Shown piece by piece: positions 17,585 through 25,799 of a stretch of 64,000 bases of DNA. The DNA comes from Cellvibrionales bacterium UBA1963. GTDB taxonomy: Bacteria; Pseudomonadota; Gammaproteobacteria; Pseudomonadales; UBA7434. A model generated the notes under the pieces. The model had not been told where the DNA came from and ran no database searches. It saw nothing but the letters and a program-made list of their open reading frames with translations. Position numbers and translations under genes: made by a program. The stretch's first letter is position 1; each line of letters begins with the position of its first letter. The stretch spans positions 18,116 through 82,115 of the forward strand of contig DDED01000160.1 in the NCBI GenBank assembly GCA_002336035.1, read 5' to 3'.

Positions 17585-19132
17585 TTGAGTGTTAATAAAC
17601 CTGTGATAAATGCTTCTGGTTTTTTTTTGAAAATATGGTTTGAAAAAATCGCTTTTTTTAATTCTCCTCTTGTTAGGGCACTATTGCTTGCTTGTTTATT
17701 GACTGGCTGTGAGGGCGATGTCAGCGGCGGAGAGCAGACTGTAGTCAGTTCAGGAGGCCCAGCCTCGGGCGCCAGATTATTTGTTAATAATGTGGATGGA
17801 AACGATAATAACGACGGTATTAGTTTGCCCTTTAAATCACTTCAATACGCGCTGGATCAACTCCGGCCAGGCGATGTGCTGGTGATTCAGAGTACTGAGC
17901 AGGATTATCAAACAGATCAAGAGATCTCAGACCCTAATATTGATGGCAACATTCTGCGAGGCTTTCGATTAAGTACAAGCGGGACAAAATCTGCACCGAT
18001 TGTTATTGAGGGTGATATCACTTCACCCCCCACTATTCATCAAGGGCAATCTGACTTTGCTAATGACGGTAGTGCTCGGATTGGCCTGCTATTGGACTGC
18101 GTTAGTCACGTTGTTGTACGAAATCTAATAATAAGAGGAGTCAATGAGGCCGGTATTAGCAGTTCTATGGTGGGTGCTTGCGAAACAAGTAATGTCACTT
18201 TAGACGGCAACACTATTTACGATGTTTATGGTGAAAAGTATGTTGGCGGCATTCGGCTAATGGGCGTTAACGAGGTCATTATTCAGAACAATAAAATTCG
18301 TGATGTTTACACTCGGCAAGCTAATGAAGAACGTGGTTTGATTAAAGCTGGTAGCAGCCTATCCAATATTTTCATAGGCGATAATACATTTAATAATTTA
18401 GATGCCGGTGTTGTCCTTAATGCGCAGGGATTTGGTAGTACTGATTTTTATCCTGAAGAAGCGATAGTAAATATTCAGATACATAACAATACTTTTAAGC
18501 AAGTTGTGCGGCCAGTTAACTTCTATAATCAAATAAATGATTCCTCGGGAATTTATGAAATTAAAACAGGGTTATTCAAGTCTGTTGATGTTTCGGGTAA
18601 TTTATTTCTTACTGTGGAGGAATCTGCAATATTGGTTGAGCTAGGAGACAGTGAATATCAGTCAGAATCTTTTTGTCTATTCAATAATAATTTCATTGAC
18701 ACCGATTTGTCGGCAATTGATATTACAGGGGTTCAATACGCTGAGATATTTAATAATATTTTTGTTAGGCCGGAGAGTAATATTTTAGTGACACGGTCGC
18801 CTCAGAGTTCTATTGTAAATAGTATTGCCTACAGTAATTTTAATTTGTTTTTGGACGTTAAATATTTAACGTGGCAATTAGATGTAGGAGGTATGGCAGA
18901 GGAAGACTTTTCGGACCTGTCGAATTGGCAATATGCTCAATCTCATCCTGAGCTTAGCGTGGGGCCAGATCTCGACTCTTCAAATAATGATCCTCTATTT
19001 ATAGATCCGCTTGATGATTTTCGTTTGTCCGACGCATCTCCTGCTTTGCTAGCAGGGCGGTACGGTGCCTCTATTGGCTATGACTATACTTTGCCGTTAG
19101 ATTTTAAGTCTAACTGTCGAATGCTATTTTGA
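17585..19132 (+). CDS. Lipoprotein with right-handed parallel beta-helix repeats (DUF1565/pectin-lyase-fold-like)
   Basis: Lipobox LLACLLTGCEGD. N-terminal LFVNNVDGNDNNDGISLPFKSLQYALDQLRPGDVLVI is typical of beta-helix proteins, and periodic N/I/V-rich repeats follow (NTIYDV, IQNNKIRDV, IGDNTFNNL, IHNNTFKQV, FNNNFID, IFNNIFV). The start is uncertain (TTG 17585, GTG 17603 or TTG 17627 within a T9 tract). The gene overlaps the next by 4 nt. Confidence 0.65.
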   Translation: MSVNKPVINASGFFLKIWFEKIAFFNSPLVRALLLACLLTGCEGDVSGGEQTVVSSGGPASGARLFVNNVDGNDNNDGISLPFKSLQYALDQLRPGDVLVIQSTEQDYQTDQEISDPNIDGNILRGFRLSTSGTKSAPIVIEGDITSPPTIHQGQSDFANDGSARIGLLLDCVSHVVVRNLIIRGVNEAGISSSMVGACETSNVTLDGNTIYDVYGEKYVGGIRLMGVNEVIIQNNKIRDVYTRQANEERGLIKAGSSLSNIFIGDNTFNNLDAGVVLNAQGFGSTDFYPEEAIVNIQIHNNTFKQVVRPVNFYNQINDSSGIYEIKTGLFKSVDVSGNLFLTVEESAILVELGDSEYQSESFCLFNNNFIDTDLSAIDITGVQYAEIFNNIFVRPESNILVTRSPQSSIVNSIAYSNFNLFLDVKYLTWQLDVGGMAEEDFSDLSNWQYAQSHPELSVGPDLDSSNNDPLFIDPLDDFRLSDASPALLAGRYGASIGYDYTLPLDFKSNCRMLF

Positions 19133-21423
19133 GTTTAATGTTTATGCCATATGCTAAAGCACAGCAGTCTTTATCCCTTTTACTTAAATCGATTCGATTA
19201 AGGCGTGGTGTATTGTCAGCCATCAGTGCAGCCACTTTTTTTTCTTCTATGGCGGTTGCCGAAAACGCCATGGAGGAAGTGACGATTAATGCCCAGCAAC
19301 AGGTACAACAATCAATTTTAGGCTTTAGTACAATCGAATTATCAGGCGAAGAGTTACTCAGCAAACAAAGCGTTACTTTAGGTGATACGCTGGCCAATGA
19401 GATTGGCGTACACAATGCTTCATACGGTCCCGGTGTTGGCCTGCCTGTGTTGCGTGGCCTCTCTGGCGTGCGTGTGCGACTCAGCGCAGACGGTATCGGT
19501 GCATGGGACGGTTCCTCTCTTAGTCCTGACCATGCGACGGCTGTAGAACCTGCGCTAGCTAAAAGTATTCGGGTAATCAAAGGGCCTGCAACTGTTCTGC
19601 ATGGCAATAATGCAATTGGTGGCGCGGTAGAAGTAATTAATGGGAGAATTGCTGAGGAATTAGATTATCAAGCATTGAGCTCAGTCTTTGAACTAAGAAA
19701 AGAACTAAGCAACGATCATCAGCGTGACACCGCGATTGCTAAGCTTAAAACCGAAATGGGCAATTGGGTTTTACAAGTGGATGGCTTTATGAGGAGCGCT
19801 GAAGATATGAGTATTCCAGCGTTGGCCATTGAAGAAGAAGCCATCGAGCAAGTTTTTGGTATCAGTAATTCAGATAACACCTTTGGTACAGTATTAAATA
19901 CTGATTCAGAAACAGACAGTGGTTCAATTGGGCTAAGTTATGTCAATGATGATTTTTTTATTGGTGGTTCAAGCACAATAATTAACAGTGATTACGGTAT
20001 CCCGCCTGGCGCGCATACCGAGCCTGCGGATTCGCCAGGGCATAGTCATACACATCCAGTTGGTGACAACATCGCTGCTCAGTCGCGCGTTCGTATTGAT
20101 TTAGAGCAGGAGCGACATCTATTCAAGATTGGCGGTAAGCTGAGTCAGTTGGGTCTTGAGAACTTTCGCTTAACAATAGGAAATATTAAATATCAGCATC
20201 TTGAATTTGAACAAGATCCAATAACACAGGAATTCTTAAATGGCACTCGGTTTAAGAATGACGTGCTTGAAATTAAAGCCGAAGTTAACCACCACCTACT
20301 GGATCGGCTTAACACAAAGCACAGCGGCAAGATGGGTTTACAATGGGTAGATCTAGAGTTTTCTGCTGAGAACATGCGTATATTAGGCGGTGGCGAGGAT
20401 TTTATTCCTGCGGCTGATCAACGCTCGCTTGGTCTTTTCTTTTATGATCAGTTTCCATTAGCTATAGGTCTTCTGGAGATAGGTGGGCGCTATGAATGGC
20501 AAGAGATCTCACAACGTGAGTTAACAGCTGGATTGTTGCCCAACAATACCCAGTTTCTGCACGAGCCGATTACTTATCAAAACTATACTTTTTCAGGTGC
20601 ATTAAGTCTTGATTTATCCGATCGGCATCGATTGGTGCTTGGATTAAACTTGGCACAGCGCTCGCCTGAAATACAAGAATTACTTTCGCTGGGACCGCAT
20701 CTATCCACGCGTTCATACGATGTTGGCTTGCTGTTATTTAATAGTCAATCAGATGATTCTCCACCTGAGGCTGAAAAATTTAAGGGCGTTGATGTGCGCT
20801 GGGAGTGGCAGGGTGATATTGGCGATATGACTAGCTCTGTGTTTTATACCGAAGTGGATGATTTTATTTATCAGAAAAGAAGGACGAGAGGCGGACTTTT
20901 TGACATTTCGGATAACGTTTTTCGCAGTGCATGTGTCCGACTAGAGGAGTGTATTTCTGTTTTTGATTATACGCAGCACGACGCCACGCTGAGCGGCTAT
21001 GAATGGCAGTGGGCACTGCCCCCTATTGACCTTCTAGGTTCTGAGCTTCAAATAGAATTATTTGCCGATCATATTCGAGGAAGGCTAACAAACAATGAGG
21101 ATTTACCGAGAATGCCGCCTGCACGACGAGGCATTGGTCTGGAGTGGGCAAACGGGATTTTCTACTCAGAACTGCGTTATAATTTTGTCGCTGCGCAGGA
21201 AAAAATTGGAGAAAGTGAAGCTCCAACTTCTGCCTATGAGTTGTTGAATGCTTATATTTCTCTTACAGACGTCATTGACGGTCCGTATTATCAAGAAAGG
21301 ATTGTTTTTTTTCAGATGAAAAATTTATTAAATGAAGATATTCGAAAATCGACGTCCTTTTTAAGAAACTTCACTCCCGAGCCCGGTAGAGAGATAGTCT
21401 TAGGTATACGGTATCAACTTTAA
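19129..21423 (+). CDS. TonB-dependent outer membrane receptor with a His-rich extracellular-type segment (ZnuD-like by inference)
   Basis: 764 aa. Plug-domain motifs are LPVLRGLSGVRVRL and IKGPATVLHGNNAIGGAVEVI, with a TonB-box-like EEVTINA. The His-rich stretch is HTEPADSPGHSHTHPVGD. Alternative ATG starts lie at 19138 and 19144. Confidence 0.85.
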   Translation: MSLMFMPYAKAQQSLSLLLKSIRLRRGVLSAISAATFFSSMAVAENAMEEVTINAQQQVQQSILGFSTIELSGEELLSKQSVTLGDTLANEIGVHNASYGPGVGLPVLRGLSGVRVRLSADGIGAWDGSSLSPDHATAVEPALAKSIRVIKGPATVLHGNNAIGGAVEVINGRIAEELDYQALSSVFELRKELSNDHQRDTAIAKLKTEMGNWVLQVDGFMRSAEDMSIPALAIEEEAIEQVFGISNSDNTFGTVLNTDSETDSGSIGLSYVNDDFFIGGSSTIINSDYGIPPGAHTEPADSPGHSHTHPVGDNIAAQSRVRIDLEQERHLFKIGGKLSQLGLENFRLTIGNIKYQHLEFEQDPITQEFLNGTRFKNDVLEIKAEVNHHLLDRLNTKHSGKMGLQWVDLEFSAENMRILGGGEDFIPAADQRSLGLFFYDQFPLAIGLLEIGGRYEWQEISQRELTAGLLPNNTQFLHEPITYQNYTFSGALSLDLSDRHRLVLGLNLAQRSPEIQELLSLGPHLSTRSYDVGLLLFNSQSDDSPPEAEKFKGVDVRWEWQGDIGDMTSSVFYTEVDDFIYQKRRTRGGLFDISDNVFRSACVRLEECISVFDYTQHDATLSGYEWQWALPPIDLLGSELQIELFADHIRGRLTNNEDLPRMPPARRGIGLEWANGIFYSELRYNFVAAQEKIGESEAPTSAYELLNAYISLTDVIDGPYYQERIVFFQMKNLLNEDIRKSTSFLRNFTPEPGREIVLGIRYQL

Positions 21424-21424
21424 T

Positions 21425-22306
21425 ATGACGAATAAATACACTACCCACTTAATACTTTTGAGCTGCCTGACTTTATTGACGACAGCGCTACCGAGCTACG
21501 CGCAAGAAAATATAACGTGCAATAAATATGGCCATTTTGATCTATACATCGATGTTGATCCTCCGGGTGCGGACAGTGCTTTGTTATTGATTGATAATAG
21601 TGATGATTTTCCAGTTGAAGAGGGCACTGGTAGAACGATTGTGCCGGCCGATTTTGGAGATTTTGCTGGCGGCCCACATAAAACTGACGATCCTGGTTGG
21701 GTTATTAAGGGCGGTGATTTACTTGGCGGAGAGGTGTTATGGTTCCGCGCACTTGGATCGCTTCGCTTTTGGAGTAAAGATGAGCAACGCTGGCTAAATG
21801 ACGCACCCAACGGCGAGAGAGTCCGTTATTTTGGTGCGATACCGCCGGATGTCATGATTAATGGCAGCGATGAAGACAAGGATTTTTTCGAAGAGGGCAC
21901 CATTTGGTCAGGTGCGGGCATTCAAGGTCCACTAGAGGCTCCTATAGAAGAGGCTGTGGATGTGTCCCCCACGTATGACGCCGTCCATGCACATCTTGAT
22001 TTTTGCCTTGAGGGGAAAACCGCTTCAGGAGAAATGGGAGATTGTTCTATTGATGGCATCGGACACACGGGCGATCCCACAGTCGGAGCTTATTTAATTG
22101 AGATACAATTATTTTCTCACGCGGTACACAGTAATGGGCAACAACAAAAATACATTGACTCACCACCGGTGAAGGTCCTTTTAAATAATGGTTTAATTGC
22201 TAATGAATGTGTTGATGCCATTTCTGCTTTAACGACATATCCAAAGGTCTTTGATAATTCACCAGCCTTGCCGGCGGCAGGCATTTTAATTATGACAGGG
22301 CCTTAG
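21425..22306 (+). CDS. Secreted protein, paralog C of the same family (tail truncated)
   Basis: Signal peptide ending LPSYAQ. Blocks ADFGDFAGG, DDPGW, ALGSLRFWSKDEQRWLND, VHAHLDFCL, VGAYLIEIQLF and PVKVLLNNGL. The protein ends ...SPALPAAGILIMTGP with no basic tail. It starts 1 nt after the receptor stop. Confidence 0.7.
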   Translation: MTNKYTTHLILLSCLTLLTTALPSYAQENITCNKYGHFDLYIDVDPPGADSALLLIDNSDDFPVEEGTGRTIVPADFGDFAGGPHKTDDPGWVIKGGDLLGGEVLWFRALGSLRFWSKDEQRWLNDAPNGERVRYFGAIPPDVMINGSDEDKDFFEEGTIWSGAGIQGPLEAPIEEAVDVSPTYDAVHAHLDFCLEGKTASGEMGDCSIDGIGHTGDPTVGAYLIEIQLFSHAVHSNGQQQKYIDSPPVKVLLNNGLIANECVDAISALTTYPKVFDNSPALPAAGILIMTGP

Positions 22307-22330
22307 CATTAATTAGGTGATCTTGATTCT

Positions 22331-23302
22331 ATGCGCATTTTTCTTGCTCCAATGGAAGGTGTTATCGATCACCACTTCCGCACCCTCTACAGCGCCATCG
22401 GCGGGGTTGATATCTGTGTCAGTGAATTTATACGCGTCAATGATATTGCCGTCACTAAAAAAGTGTTCCTTCGTGACTGCCCTGAATTACAGTTCACTTC
22501 ATTTCATCAACAGCGCTTAAGTGCTACCCCTAGCGGAACACCATTGCGGGTTCAGTTATTAGGCAGTAACCCCGAGACAATTGCGGCCAGCGCGGCTATC
22601 GCCATAAGCTTAGGGGCTTCGGCGATTGATTTAAATTTTGGCTGCCCCGCCAAAACGGTGAATAAAAGTCGTGGCGGTGCGGTGCTGTTAAAAGAACCGC
22701 AACTGGTGGGTGAGATTGTTCGACAAGTGCGTGCGGCCGTCCCCAGTGAGCGACCGGTCACGGCAAAAATCCGCTTGGGTTTTGAAGACCGCAGCCTTTA
22801 TATGGATAACGCCTTGGCGATTGCTGACGGCGGTGCAACGGAACTTTGCGTGCATGCCCGTTCACGGGCCGACGGCTATCACCCGCCGGCCTATTGGTCT
22901 TATATTAAACGAATTGTTGAAGCGGTTTCGTTACCCGTGATTGCCAATGGTGAGGTGTGGTCGGTCGACGATTGGCGGCGTTGTCGAGAACAAACCGGTT
23001 GCGAGGATGTAATGCTAGGTCGCGGTTTAATTGCTTGCCCTGATTTAGCTTTACAAATAAAGGCGGCGGCGGCGGGGCAAGCGTATCAAGTGTTGGGTTG
23101 GTCGGCGGTAATGCGATTGCTTAACCAGTTTTATTATGACACTAAGACGGCTTATCCCCGTCGATGTTTAGGCAATCGGGTGAAGCAGTGGTTGTTTTAT
23201 TTACAGATGCATTACCCTGAAGCCAAAGATTTATTTGAACAGATTAAACGATACCGACAACCGCATGAATTTGAATTGGTGTTGGGCTTGCCTCAGGGCT
23301 AG
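22331..23302 (+). CDS. dusC: tRNA-dihydrouridine synthase C
   Basis: 323 aa, with MRIFLAPMEGV, IDLNFGCPAKTVN and a TIM-barrel Dus pattern. Length fits DusC. Confidence 0.82.
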   Translation: MRIFLAPMEGVIDHHFRTLYSAIGGVDICVSEFIRVNDIAVTKKVFLRDCPELQFTSFHQQRLSATPSGTPLRVQLLGSNPETIAASAAIAISLGASAIDLNFGCPAKTVNKSRGGAVLLKEPQLVGEIVRQVRAAVPSERPVTAKIRLGFEDRSLYMDNALAIADGGATELCVHARSRADGYHPPAYWSYIKRIVEAVSLPVIANGEVWSVDDWRRCREQTGCEDVMLGRGLIACPDLALQIKAAAAGQAYQVLGWSAVMRLLNQFYYDTKTAYPRRCLGNRVKQWLFYLQMHYPEAKDLFEQIKRYRQPHEFELVLGLPQG

Positions 23303-23326
23303 GCTGCCGTTGCATAATGCCATTGA

Positions 23327-23770
23327 CTAAATAATTTTCACCCAACTTTTTTCTTCGATCCTGCGTTGTATTTTCCAGATGCCATCTATGTTCACATAGT
23401 CATCTAAATACCATAAACCGCACATCATGAGCTTATTACTTTCACCTTCCATTGCGGTCTCCATTGGGTTAAAACACATAATGCGACCGCTTGCTTCAGT
23501 AATATTAGTATCAGTGGTTAGGTTAATTTGAAGGTTAGCGTTGAGATGTTGATGGGTAGGAAACGCATCCGTTAATGCTCTGGTTAAGAAGTCAATGGTT
23601 TCAGTTAGGTTGCCTTTTTCACCGCCAAGGGCCGTGTAGTCTATATAGGCGTCATCGGTAAACACTTCATTTAATTGATCAAAAGCTTTAGCGTCAATGA
23701 GCTCAGCGTAGCGATACAATAAATCTTGAATTTCAAGTTTGGCAGAGATTTGTTCGAGGGTATAAGCCAT
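23327..23770 (-). CDS. SnoaL/NTF2-like (SnoaL_4-type) protein
   Basis: 147 aa, with IQDLLYRYAELIDAKAFDQLNEVFTDDAYIDY and C-terminal GIWKIQRR, the typical SnoaL_4 pattern. Confidence 0.65.
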   Translation of the reverse strand: MAYTLEQISAKLEIQDLLYRYAELIDAKAFDQLNEVFTDDAYIDYTALGGEKGNLTETIDFLTRALTDAFPTHQHLNANLQINLTTDTNITEASGRIMCFNPMETAMEGESNKLMMCGLWYLDDYVNIDGIWKIQRRIEEKSWVKII

Positions 23771-23799
23771 GAGTGGATTGTCCTTTTTGTCAGCCCAGA

Positions 23800-23820
23800 G
23801 AAAAAGCTGGCAAGCCAGCT
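23800..23820 (-). terminator. Rho-independent terminator after fpr
   Basis: On the minus strand this reads AGCTGGC-TT-GCCAGCT followed by TTTTTCTCT. It lies between the fpr stop (23887) and the next gene. Confidence 0.55.
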
Positions 23821-23886
23821 ATAAAAACTCACAATAAGAATACAATATTACATCGGAATGTAAGTTAGCGATAAGTTAATGATCGA

Positions 23887-24660
23887 CTAACTCTCAACAA
23901 AGGCACGTTCAATCACATAATGGCCCTGGTTGCCGCTGCGAACCTCGTTAAAACCTCGCTCGTCCAATATGGCCGTCATGTCCTTGAGCATACTTGGGCT
24001 GCCACAAAGCATGAATCGATCGTCTTCTAAGTTAGGTTTTGGCAGGCCAAGGTCATGAAATAATTTCCCGCTGGTCATTAGATCCGTTAAGCGGCCATTG
24101 TTTTTATAGTCTTCGCGGGTAACGGTCGGGTAGTAAAGAAGTTTTTCGCGAACCATATCACCGAAATATTCATGTTGGGGCAGTTCATTCTCAATATAAT
24201 CGCTGTAGGCAAGCTCTGAGACTTCTCTAACGCCGTGCGCAAGGATAATCTTATCAAACTGTTCGTACACTTCGTAGTCTTTGATAATACTCATAAATGG
24301 AGCTAAGCCGGTACCGGTGCCAAGTAGGTATAAGTTTTTTCCAGGGAGCATTTCATCGGTGACCAACGTACCAAGCGGTTTTTTTCCGATCAAAACTTCG
24401 TCGCCAATTTTTAAGTGCTGCAATTTCGACGTCAATGGGCCATCTGGCACCTTGATACTAAAGAATTCTAACTCGTCTTCATAATTTGCACTGGCGATAC
24501 TGTAAGCACGTAAGAGTGGTTTACCTTCATGTTCAAGGCCAACCATCACAAAGTGACCGTTTTTAAAGCGAAAGCCGGCATCCCGTGTCGTTTTAAAACT
24601 GAATAGACTGTTGTTCCAGTGGTGGACGCTGGTCACGGTTTCTGTCATTAACTTAGCCAT
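23887..24660 (-). CDS. fpr: Ferredoxin--NADP+ reductase (bacterial subclass I, FprA-like)
   Basis: 257 aa, with RAYSIAS (FAD binding), LLGTGTGLAPF (NADP binding) and CGSPSM. The length matches the Azotobacter/Pseudomonas Fpr type. Confidence 0.9.
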   Translation of the reverse strand: MAKLMTETVTSVHHWNNSLFSFKTTRDAGFRFKNGHFVMVGLEHEGKPLLRAYSIASANYEDELEFFSIKVPDGPLTSKLQHLKIGDEVLIGKKPLGTLVTDEMLPGKNLYLLGTGTGLAPFMSIIKDYEVYEQFDKIILAHGVREVSELAYSDYIENELPQHEYFGDMVREKLLYYPTVTREDYKNNGRLTDLMTSGKLFHDLGLPKPNLEDDRFMLCGSPSMLKDMTAILDERGFNEVRSGNQGHYVIERAFVES

Positions 24661-24905
24661 TACTTTTCCTCAAACAAACAAAATCATCAACCCTAAATCA
24701 GAGAAGTGCACTATATAAGACCAGGATCGATAGGTATAGCGGGATATAAAGATATAATATATTTGTATTTCCGATATAATAACTGCCTGGCGAAACTGTT
24801 TTCAGCCAATTTAAATGATAACCAGTATCATTAAGCAGGTCAACACGGCAGGTAGTCACCCTACGGAGCTGTCATTTATGGGGTTTACAACAAAGGCATG
24901 AAATA

Positions 24906-25799
24906 ATGAAATTTACTTTGCGGCAATTACAGGTCTTTTTAGCGACAGCACGTTATCAAAATATTAGCCGGGCAGCTGAGAGCTTATCTATGTCACAGTC
25001 TGCGGCCAGCGGTGCGCTCAGAGACTTAGAGCAGCGCTACAATGCTCAGTTATTTGATCGTGTTGGCAAGCGGCTTCGTTTGAATATGTTGGGTCAATCT
25101 GTTCGGCCATTGGCAGAGGCGTTAATTTCGGGCGCAGAAGATGTTGATGTAATGTTGCAGCAGCAAATGCCAGCCGGCAGACTTCGGGTGGGTGCCACGC
25201 TCACGATAGGCAATTACATAGCGATTCCTATTATTGCAAATTTCAAGAACGACTACCCAGAAGTCAGTGTTCGCTTGCACGTGGCTAATACAGCCAACAT
25301 TGCCAAGCAAGTATTAGATTTCAATTTGGATGTGGGCCTTATTGAAGGTGAGTATTCACACACTGATTTATCAGTTGAGCCATGGTGCAAAGACGAGCTG
25401 ATTATTTTTTGCTCGCCTGAACATCCCTATGCGTCTAAAAAAAATCTAACCGATGAAGACTTAACTCAGGCGCAATGGATACTGCGCGAGCAGGGGTCAG
25501 GCACGCGTCAGACCTTTGATCGGGCGATGCACGGTTTGATTAATGAGGTCGATGTGCATTTAGAATTTGAACATACCGAAGCCATTAAACGGGCAGTAGA
25601 AGCAGGACTGGGTTTGGGCTGTTTGTCCATCATTCCTTTAGCGGATGCGTTTAAGCGAGGCAGCTTGGTCCCTTTAACGGTACGACATCGCGATATGACG
25701 AGGCAGTTTTATTTTGTCACTCATAATAAAAAGTTTCCATCCAGGGGGCTTCAATCGTGGCTTGATTGCTGTCGAGCCACGCACCCCGAGGTGGTTTAG
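24906..25799 (+). CDS. LysR-family transcriptional regulator divergent from fpr (FinR-like by position)
   Basis: 297 aa, with N-terminal HTH LRQLQVFLATARYQNISRAAESLSMSQSAASGALRDLE. The divergent arrangement with fpr mirrors finR-fprA in Pseudomonas (from memory). Confidence 0.8.
   Translation: MKFTLRQLQVFLATARYQNISRAAESLSMSQSAASGALRDLEQRYNAQLFDRVGKRLRLNMLGQSVRPLAEALISGAEDVDVMLQQQMPAGRLRVGATLTIGNYIAIPIIANFKNDYPEVSVRLHVANTANIAKQVLDFNLDVGLIEGEYSHTDLSVEPWCKDELIIFCSPEHPYASKKNLTDEDLTQAQWILREQGSGTRQTFDRAMHGLINEVDVHLEFEHTEAIKRAVEAGLGLGCLSIIPLADAFKRGSLVPLTVRHRDMTRQFYFVTHNKKFPSRGLQSWLDCCRATHPEVV

Noticed and set aside
19110-19607. 165-aa minus-strand ORF overlapping the TonB receptor 5' region
   Set aside because: It is a Pro/Arg/Ser/Thr-rich shadow frame antisense to a well-supported plug domain. 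The same reasoning applies to the other nested ORFs in the track, for example 3194-3481, 3725-3958, 8666-9007, 21496-21810, 26037-26375, 26403-26732, 27487-27834, 29357-29611, 43725-44027, 60290-60604 and 62522-62890.
24700-24800. AT-rich repeated GATATA/TATAAT motifs in the fpr-LysR divergent region as a possible LysR (T-N11-A) operator
   Set aside because: I could not define a convincing dyad by eye. The region is simply AT-rich, so the call is too ambiguous without a motif model.
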